Of a stretch of DNA of 32,000 bases, positions 24,208 to 32,000 are shown in pieces. The notes under the pieces were generated by a model that had not been told where the DNA came from, ran no database searches, and worked only from the letters and a program-made list of their open reading frames with translations. Source of the DNA: Erysipelotrichaceae bacterium (GTDB taxonomy: Bacteria > Bacillota_I > Bacilli_A > Erysipelotrichales > Coprobacillaceae). A program made the position numbers and the translations under genes. How positions within the stretch are numbered: the first letter of the stretch is position 1; each line of letters opens with the position of its first letter. The stretch is taken from the NCBI GenBank assembly GCA_028698185.1, contig JAQVDW010000012.1, forward strand, positions 1-32,000, given 5' to 3'.

Positions 24208-24981
24208 ATGGAATTACACGGATTGTTGCTGGGAGTCATTGAAAAAGAGGATCCCGGGAGTACGGATTATATAATAGCGGATTATATTTTGCACAATGTC
24301 TATGAGCTGGGAAAATGTTCGAGCCTGGAACTGGCCCAGGGGTGCAATGTTTCAAAATCATCGATCAGCCGGTTCTGCCGGAATATCGGGCTCGAGGATT
24401 TTTTCACGCTGAAGGTGCTGATCTCAACCTACCAGCCCTACAAGAGGGTCAACCAGAAATACACGTTCGAATCGAAAAGTGAAAATAAGGTGATCGATTT
24501 TATCGATGAGTCCCTGGCCCATCTAGAAAAATTCAAAAACGAATTCAATCAGGAGGAACTAGTGGAACTTGTAAAGGATATCCATGAACATGACAGCGTG
24601 ATATTCATGGGGCTGTACCAAGCTTCATGCATATCCAACTCGCTCCAAAAGGATCTGCTTAGCTTCAACAAAGTTGTTGCCAATGTCGGTGACATCTTCA
24701 AGCAGCGCTCGATCATTGAAAGGGCGACAAGCGATGATTTGATTGTCGTCTTCTCGGCGACCGCGTCGTTTTTCGACAGTGTCCTGCTCCGCAAGAATGT
24801 CATGAACAGGAAAAACCTGCCCAAGATATACGTGATCACTGTCAATGATTCGCTTGAGGAAAAATTCGTCCACAAGTACATCAGGCTATCGGACAGCTAC
24901 AATTTCGCTTCATGCATGCTGCTAAATTTCTATTCGACTGCGATCGCCATCGAGTATAAAACCAAATATTTTGTTTCATGA
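24208..24981 (+). CDS. MurR/RpiR-family transcriptional regulator (HTH + SIS)
   Basis: 257 aa. The HTH_6 motif is SSLELAQGCNVSKSSISRFCRNIGLEDF, with a C-terminal SIS-like domain. Confidence 0.85.
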   Translation: MELHGLLLGVIEKEDPGSTDYIIADYILHNVYELGKCSSLELAQGCNVSKSSISRFCRNIGLEDFFTLKVLISTYQPYKRVNQKYTFESKSENKVIDFIDESLAHLEKFKNEFNQEELVELVKDIHEHDSVIFMGLYQASCISNSLQKDLLSFNKVVANVGDIFKQRSIIERATSDDLIVVFSATASFFDSVLLRKNVMNRKNLPKIYVITVNDSLEEKFVHKYIRLSDSYNFASCMLLNFYSTAIAIEYKTKYFVS

Positions 24982-25021
24982 TGTGAAACATTGAACCTAA
25001 TGATTAAATACCAAAATGTAA

Positions 25022-26515
<1,494 letters not shown>

Positions 26516-26528
26516 GGAGAGAGCAACA

Positions 26529-27848
26529 ATGGACAAATTTGCGGACAGATTGGGCTATATCGCCCAAAAGTTGACATCTAATATTTACATCAGTACTATC
26601 AAGGACTCATTTATCCAGACGATTCCTTTCACCATTTTGGGTTCCATCGGGGTCTTGTTGGGGTCGGTGGTGTTTTCAACCAACGGTCTAGGTGGAATCA
26701 AAGGTTTCGAGTCGGTTCTTGCAGTCGCGCCGCTGTTCACCAAATTGAATTATGCGACCATGAATATCCTAGCCTTGATCATCGCCTTTAGCATCGGGCG
26801 CAACCTGGCCAAACATCACAACCGCGAGGGGACCTATGAAGGTCTGCTTTCCCTGGTGAGTTTCATCCTTGTTTCACCTACAACTGTGACTGCGGTATTC
26901 GGTGAAGAAACCCAAGTTGTGGCGAACGTCCTTTCGACCAACGTGACTTCTTCAAAGGGTCTCTTCGTGGCGATGATCGTCGGGATGCTTTCGGTATCGT
27001 TCTTCTGTCGTTTGACCAAGGTGGAAAAACTGAGAATCAAACTTCCTGACGCCGTTCCGCCTAACGTGGCCAAGACATTCTCCGATCTGATTCCAACCAT
27101 CATTGTCGGATTGGTCATCACCACAGTTGCCTTCGTTTTCGAATTGCTTGTAAAACAGAATATCTCGGAATTCATTTTCAATATCCTTCAACGTCCGGTT
27201 ACTATCGCTTTCGAGCATCCTTTAGGGATCATCTTCGCGGCTTTCTTCTCTGGCCTGTTGTGGATCTGCGGTCTCCATGGGGCTTCGATTGTCGGGGGGA
27301 TCATCACTCCAATCATGCTCGCTTCATTGCAGACAAACATGGACCTTGTTGCCAACGGAGCTCAGGCTACCGAAATCATGGCCAAACCTTTCTGGAACCT
27401 GTTCGCCACTCAAGGCGGTTCCGGCTGCACCATTTCCTTATTGATCGCCATCTTCCTGATTTCCAAACGCGATGACGATAGGGCTATCGCCAAACTTGCT
27501 GTGGCGCCGGGGTTCTTTGGAATAAATGAACCGGTCATCTTCGGGTTGCCGATCGTCATGAACCCGGTCCTGGCGATTCCGTTCATTATTGTGCCGATTG
27601 TCAGCTGCGGTATCGGATATGCGGCAATGTATTTTGGATTCGCCGGATTGATCATCTCCGATGTCCCTTGGTGTCTGCCACCGGTCGTCAATGGTTTCAT
27701 CGCCACTGGCGGAAACATCGGAATGGTACTGACCCAGATCGCCTGCATCGTCGTGGGGACAGTCATCTGGATGCCGTTTGTCAAGATTAGAAATACAGAA
27801 GCGGCCAACGCTAACAAAACCCTAGGGGACGTGGCTGTGGAAAACTAA
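26529..27848 (+). CDS. PTS lactose/cellobiose-family EIIC component
   Basis: 439 aa, polytopic, with an N-terminus typical of CelB/LicC-type EIIC (IAQKL...YISTIKDSFIQTIPFTILGSIGVLL, LHGASIVGGIITPI). It starts 14 nt after bglA. Confidence 0.9.
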   Translation: MDKFADRLGYIAQKLTSNIYISTIKDSFIQTIPFTILGSIGVLLGSVVFSTNGLGGIKGFESVLAVAPLFTKLNYATMNILALIIAFSIGRNLAKHHNREGTYEGLLSLVSFILVSPTTVTAVFGEETQVVANVLSTNVTSSKGLFVAMIVGMLSVSFFCRLTKVEKLRIKLPDAVPPNVAKTFSDLIPTIIVGLVITTVAFVFELLVKQNISEFIFNILQRPVTIAFEHPLGIIFAAFFSGLLWICGLHGASIVGGIITPIMLASLQTNMDLVANGAQATEIMAKPFWNLFATQGGSGCTISLLIAIFLISKRDDDRAIAKLAVAPGFFGINEPVIFGLPIVMNPVLAIPFIIVPIVSCGIGYAAMYFGFAGLIISDVPWCLPPVVNGFIATGGNIGMVLTQIACIVVGTVIWMPFVKIRNTEAANANKTLGDVAVEN

Positions 27849-27878
27849 AAATAGTGCTCATCTGAGCACTGTTTTTTT
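27847..27878. terminator. Bidirectional terminator between the EIIC gene and the convergent HesB-like gene
   Basis: Stem agtgct / agcact, loop catctg, flanked by AAAAAT and GTTTTTTT. Confidence 0.7.
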
Positions 27879-28227
27879 AATGGCAACCGCAACCGCTGTC
27901 GCCACATCCGCATTCATGATTATCTTCATCGCCGCAGCCACATTCGTGACCTTCATCACCGTGGCAACCGCCACCGCAACAAGAGTGTGGAGCCTGAAGT
28001 TCGAATCCTTGTTCGCCGGCATCAAGAACGTATCCTTCCAACAATGCCAACACTTCGTCTTCAATCGCAACTGCGACGTCGTTGAGGTTGACTGTGTTAA
28101 GGTCTGCAGTGGCGTTTACAAAGGCGAACTGCACCTGGTTTCCTTCCAGGATAACTTGCAAAGTGTCAAAGTTTTGTCCAACCAATGCCTGGTTCAATAA
28201 ATCTCTGGCTGTATCTGTTATTTTCAT
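27877..28227 (-). CDS. HesB/IscA-fold-like small protein with a C-terminal Cys/His/Gly-rich tail
   Basis: 116 aa. The N-terminal roughly 80 aa (MKITDTARDLLNQAL...LQVILEGN...) are like Cys-less HesB/YneR-type proteins. The tail reads HSCCGGGCHGDEGHECGCGDEDNHECGCGDSGCGCH. RBS is AAGGAGAAAAA. Confidence 0.75.
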   Translation of the reverse strand: MKITDTARDLLNQALVGQNFDTLQVILEGNQVQFAFVNATADLNTVNLNDVAVAIEDEVLALLEGYVLDAGEQGFELQAPHSCCGGGCHGDEGHECGCGDEDNHECGCGDSGCGCH

Positions 28228-28373
28228 ATTTTTCTCCTTGAGTCATTTTTTATAAGTATAGCATAAATGCCCTGACAAATGAAATTAATTTGGCTTATTA
28301 AATTCAATGACGAGGTCGCCCGGGAAGATTCCTGGCTGTGGGGCCGGCGGAAATTTTACGGTGCGCCGGATTG

Positions 28374-28402
28374 TTGTCATTGGTCATTGATTATGGTAAA
28401 AT
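28374..28402 (+). promoter_or_regulatory. Promoter of the large lipoprotein gene
   Basis: TTGTCA (28374-28379), 17-nt spacer, TAAAAT (28397-28402). Confidence 0.5.
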
Positions 28403-28445
28403 ATGTGAACCGCCAAGCAGGCGATTTATATAAGGAGAGAGATAG

Positions 28446-30593
28446 ATGATTAAGATGAATGGGAGGATATGGCTGTCCGTTGTTCTGGCTGGCCTGATGT
28501 TGTCGGGCTGTAAGAACAAGTCGGGGGATAAAGTTTATGGGGACCTGGCCAGAGATGGGGTGGAGATATCTATGCCTCAAGGGGCCTTGGAAGACAACGA
28601 TAGCCTGACCATTGTAAAAAGCGATCAGGCCCAGCCCATCAAGGAAGGTGAGGCAATGTTGCTAGGCGACATCTATGACATGGACATCGCCGTCGCTGAT
28701 GGGATCAAGAGGTTCTATGAACCGCTGACATTGAAATTTGAGATCAAGCAGGAAAAATGGGATAAGTTGGAAAACCCCCAGGATCTTGCGATAGCCTACT
28801 ATGATGGCAGCGCGTGGGAATACCTGATTCCCGATGAAATCGACCCCGAAAACAAGACAGTGACTTTCACCACCTACCATTGCAGCTTTCTAAGTCCGGT
28901 GGAACCAACCGAGGAACAGATCATTGATCAGGAGTCTTACAACCAGGCATTGGCCCAGTACAATCTGATGAACAACTCCCAGTTGAAAAAGACGACCGAA
29001 TCGCTGGTAAAAAGCGTGATGGGGGAAAAAGTAGACAAGTCGTTGCTCCAGGATATAGTCGAGGGAATGATGAACCAGAACGACTTCACGCAACTGCTCA
29101 AAGCCGGAGCCAACGGCAACTCAAAAGAGTTCCAGAATCAGTTTGTGGCGACGTACACCCAGGTTACTGCCAACACCCTGTGGGCATATTCGGCCAACCT
29201 GGCCGGCGATCTTGGTGATCTGGGAGCCAATCTGGGACTGGCGGGAGCCTTTGGCACAAGTGCGGCGATGATTGGCGAAGGCAATTACGAGGACGCGGCC
29301 AAGGAGCTGGCCCGGGGGATCATTGAGACCCATCCGGTTGGCAAGCTAATGGTCAATGCGGTCAATGTCACCCAAAGACAGATCGACCGCTGGAAAAGCG
29401 AGGAGATTGAAGCTGCTTACCAGATATATCTAAACGGCAAGGAACCGACCATTCCGTTTTGGGGTTATGGCTCGATCGAAGCCGGGGATTTCGATGAAAT
29501 CTGGAACCAGATGCGGGGCGTCGGACGGCAAATCATAATCGATGCCACTGCCGATTTCAGGGAACTCAATGGCCGTGAACCGACGGAGACGGAACAAAAC
29601 CAGATTGAAAAAGATGCCAAGAACACCCTGCGGGATGAGTTCGAACAGCGCCACCTCAAGGAATCAATCATCAAGGATGCCCAGAAAAAGAACCAGGAAA
29701 TGATTGCGATAATGAAGGACCTCAATCTGCTTACCAAGGACCGTTATGGCTACGATCCGGACCAGATGACCTACCGCCAGAGAGTGGAGCAGCTGTTGAA
29801 TGCCCGTAACAGGATCTTGCAGGACACCAGGAAAAAGATCTCATTTGTCGGCTGGGACGAAGGTGAGTGGATCGATGCCTACACCGTGACCGAACTCGTT
29901 TCGATATTGGTTCGCGATGGGCAGGAAGCCTACGAGCAGGCCCTGGTGGAAAAAGGTCTGGTTGAAACATTCGACCTGGCCCGAGCGGCCGGTGACTACC
30001 AGGCCACTTTGACTTTCGCGAACAACAATGTCACAAGTACAAAAAATGAAAGCGAGACAGCCAAGCAGGGGGACATGTCCCGTAAGTCAAGCAGGACAAT
30101 GACCCGCTCAAGCGATTTCGCCAACGTTCCGGTCAATGTCCATCTTGGACTTGACGGGATGCTTAAGATATCCTATGACCTGACGATGAACGGAAATTAT
30201 ACAATCAATAACGATTATGAATATTCTAATGGCGAAAGCTACAGCAGCGTCTATCAGGAAGTCTACAGTTATACTTTCAAGGAATCATTCACGAATATCA
30301 AGATTAACACCGGAATCAATGCGACCACCAATCTGAACCGGATCATTGGCGATCGGTACACTACCGGCCAACAAAAAATAACTGAAGAATCGGGGGTTGT
30401 CAGGGATTTGGTCCATGACAGCGGTCCGGTCAGCTGTTATATCGAAAAACTGACGACAAGAGTGGTCAACAGGAAACTTGTCATAAATGCGCAGTTCGAT
30501 TTCAACCAGTATGTCGACGGAGTCGTCTATTTCGACAGTGCGATTCCAGCCAGCCTCACTTTGGAAATCACCAGCCCGGAAGGGGACTCTTAA
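28446..30593 (+). CDS. Large lipoprotein of unknown function (715 aa)
   Basis: Signal peptide plus lipobox (VVLAGLMLSGC KNK). RBS is AAGGAGAG. The N-terminus looks beta-rich, the middle is helical and Gly/Ala-rich, and the C-terminus is Asn/Thr/Tyr-rich and beta-like. I recognised no catalytic motif. Confidence 0.85.
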   Translation: MIKMNGRIWLSVVLAGLMLSGCKNKSGDKVYGDLARDGVEISMPQGALEDNDSLTIVKSDQAQPIKEGEAMLLGDIYDMDIAVADGIKRFYEPLTLKFEIKQEKWDKLENPQDLAIAYYDGSAWEYLIPDEIDPENKTVTFTTYHCSFLSPVEPTEEQIIDQESYNQALAQYNLMNNSQLKKTTESLVKSVMGEKVDKSLLQDIVEGMMNQNDFTQLLKAGANGNSKEFQNQFVATYTQVTANTLWAYSANLAGDLGDLGANLGLAGAFGTSAAMIGEGNYEDAAKELARGIIETHPVGKLMVNAVNVTQRQIDRWKSEEIEAAYQIYLNGKEPTIPFWGYGSIEAGDFDEIWNQMRGVGRQIIIDATADFRELNGREPTETEQNQIEKDAKNTLRDEFEQRHLKESIIKDAQKKNQEMIAIMKDLNLLTKDRYGYDPDQMTYRQRVEQLLNARNRILQDTRKKISFVGWDEGEWIDAYTVTELVSILVRDGQEAYEQALVEKGLVETFDLARAAGDYQATLTFANNNVTSTKNESETAKQGDMSRKSSRTMTRSSDFANVPVNVHLGLDGMLKISYDLTMNGNYTINNDYEYSNGESYSSVYQEVYSYTFKESFTNIKINTGINATTNLNRIIGDRYTTGQQKITEESGVVRDLVHDSGPVSCYIEKLTTRVVNRKLVINAQFDFNQYVDGVVYFDSAIPASLTLEITSPEGDS

Positions 30594-30723
30594 AAAAACC
30601 AATTGATTTTCTTTTATTGATGAAAATTGGCATAATAGCCAAAACAATGGTGAAATGAAAAAAAATGATGAAAAGGGCGTGAAAAATTGGTATCATTATA
30701 GTATGAAGAAGGTGGGAACAACT

Positions 30724-31794
30724 ATGGTAAAAAGAATTGGAATTTTAACAAGCGGTGGTGACTGCGCCGGTCTGAATGCGACCATGCGCGGGGTTGTCCT
30801 GGCGGCTGACCAGCTTATGGACTGTGAATTCTATGGGATCCAGAACGGTTTTGAAGGTCTGATGCACGGCGAGATTGCTAAGATGGAGGTCAGCGATTTC
30901 GCGGATATCCTGGAGCTTGGGGGAACGATTCTCCACTCGCACCGGACTCCTTTTAAAAGAATGCGCATAATCGAAGACGGTTTTGACAAAGTAAAGGCGA
31001 TGATCGACAACTATCAAAAGTTCGAACTGGATTGTCTTGTCTGCCTTGGCGGGGCCGGAACGCACAAAAATGCGAACATGTTGAAGGGTGAGGGTCTCAA
31101 CGTCATTGCATTGCCTAAGACAATCGACAATGACATCTTCGGGACCGAACTTTCGTTTGGGTTCTCGACAGCCGTTGAGATCGCGACTGATGTGATCGAC
31201 CGGGTCGTTACGACTGCCCGTTCGCATGATAGGGTAATGGTCGTTGAGATAATGGGGAACAAGACCGGGTGGCTGGCTTTGAATTCCGCAATCGCCACCA
31301 AGGCCGATATGGTTTTGATCCCGGAGATCCCTTATGATGAAGAAAAGATTGTCAAATCGATCAGGGAGATCAAGGATGGCGGCAAAAGATATGCCATTGT
31401 GGTGGTTGCCGAAGGAGCCAAGTCAATCGATGAGGCGGCAATGTCCAAAAAGGACTACCTGAAGTTATGGGAGACTTATCCGGAAAAAGACGTCGGGGCG
31501 CGGATTGTCAACCTGATCACAAAATCGACCGGCCTGGAAGGGCGTCTGGTCAAACCGGGCCATCAGCTTCGGGGCGGGACTCCCAATTGCGCCGACCGGG
31601 TCCTGTCCACCAAAATCGGGGTGTTTGCTGCCCAGCTGATCAAGGATGAAAAATTCGGCAAAGCGGTATCGATCAGGAAAAACAAGTGCATCGCTTCACC
31701 GTTGGAAGATATTGCCGGTAAAACGAAAAAAATCCCCGTTGACGGGGAATTGGTTGCCACAGCACGCCTGACGGGAATCAAATTTGGTGATTAA
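30724..31794 (+). CDS. pfkA: 6-phosphofructokinase (PfkA family)
   Basis: The track ORF 30655.. is trimmed to the ATG at 30724 (MVKRIGILTSGGDCAGLNA), which has AAGGTGGG upstream. Contains PKTIDNDI and MGNKTGWLAL motifs. Confidence 0.9.
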   Translation: MVKRIGILTSGGDCAGLNATMRGVVLAADQLMDCEFYGIQNGFEGLMHGEIAKMEVSDFADILELGGTILHSHRTPFKRMRIIEDGFDKVKAMIDNYQKFELDCLVCLGGAGTHKNANMLKGEGLNVIALPKTIDNDIFGTELSFGFSTAVEIATDVIDRVVTTARSHDRVMVVEIMGNKTGWLALNSAIATKADMVLIPEIPYDEEKIVKSIREIKDGGKRYAIVVVAEGAKSIDEAAMSKKDYLKLWETYPEKDVGARIVNLITKSTGLEGRLVKPGHQLRGGTPNCADRVLSTKIGVFAAQLIKDEKFGKAVSIRKNKCIASPLEDIAGKTKKIPVDGELVATARLTGIKFGD

Positions 31795-31819
31795 GGAGAT
31801 TTTCAGAAATCTCCTTTTT
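31793..31819. terminator. Bidirectional terminator between pfk and the convergent lrp-like gene
   Basis: aaggagattt tcag aaatctcctt, followed by TTT. Confidence 0.7.
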
Positions 31820-32000
31820 GCACGTCCAAACCGATCTGGCGTGGCTTGACCGCGGTCGAAAAGACGATCTGGGTCATAGTATCGCCAAAACGCTGCAGCT
31901 GGCCGATGAAAAGGTCGAGATCCTTGGTCGACTTGAAGGCGACCTTGATGATCATCGCGTAGTCGCCCGTGACACAACAGCACTCCAATACATTGGGGAT
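31803..32000 (-). CDS. Lrp/AsnC-family transcriptional regulator, C-terminal part (the 5' end lies beyond the window)
   Basis: Minus-strand translation gives ...IPNVLECCCVTGDYAMIIKVAFKSTKDLDLFIGQLQRFGDTMTQIVFSTAVK..., the typical AsnC-type RAM/ligand-binding domain. The frame is open to the window edge. Confidence 0.8.
   Translation of the reverse strand: MPNVLECCCVTGDYAMIIKVAFKSTKDLDLFIGQLQRFGDTMTQIVFSTAVKPRQIGLDVQKGDF

Noticed and set aside
28330-28372. A GC-rich hairpin, CCGGCG-N14-CGCCGG, upstream of the lipoprotein promoter.
   Set aside because: The stem is short with a large loop, and no T-run or repeated copies occur elsewhere in the window. There is not enough evidence for a regulatory element or a REP-like repeat.
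31050-31090. The PFK active-site loop reads LGGAGTHKNA rather than the GGDGS/GGEGT form I expected for ATP-dependent PfkA. This could hint at altered phosphoryl-donor usage.
   Set aside because: It rests on my memory of one motif. Clade-specific variants exist, and I cannot align residues reliably by eye. It needs a proper alignment before it can be called unusual.

Overview
This looks like a chromosomal segment from a Firmicutes-style bacterium: GGAGG ribosome-binding sites, TTGACA/TATAAT promoters, lipoboxes and Fur 7-1-7 boxes. It is mostly housekeeping and accessory metabolism, in this order:
- a truncated AT-rich hsdS fragment at the left edge
- galE
- an in-frame Maf/GIY-YIG/wHTH-like fusion, then a very acidic orphan protein
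- murB, dxr and an ECF-S-like membrane protein
- a divergent Crp/Fnr (HcpR-like) regulator and hcp
- a nitroreductase and mscL
- an amino-acid ABC transporter (SBP, permease, ATPase)
- fur
- ablA(kamA)-ablB for N-epsilon-acetyl-beta-lysine, behind a roughly 290-nt structured leader
- Fur-box-controlled feoA-feoB plus a small Cys-rich ORF that the ORF track does not list
- a conserved hypothetical, then a TspO-like membrane protein coupled to a DUF1722 protein
- a lower-GC two-gene module: a NUDIX hydrolase overlapping a 926-aa PLD(HKD)-SF2 helicase-DUF3427 protein
- rpiR, a GH1 6-phospho-beta-glucosidase and a PTS EIIC
- a HesB-like protein with a Cys/His/Gly-rich tail, divergent from a 715-aa orphan lipoprotein
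- pfk and a partial lrp/asnC gene at the right edge

I saw no rRNA, tRNA, CRISPR array or transposase. The best candidate for an undescribed system is the NUDIX + PLD-helicase-DUF3427 operon (20868-24024). Secondary leads are the T-box-like leader upstream of ablAB and the Maf-GIY-YIG fusion. All functional calls come from motif recognition by eye; no database search was run.
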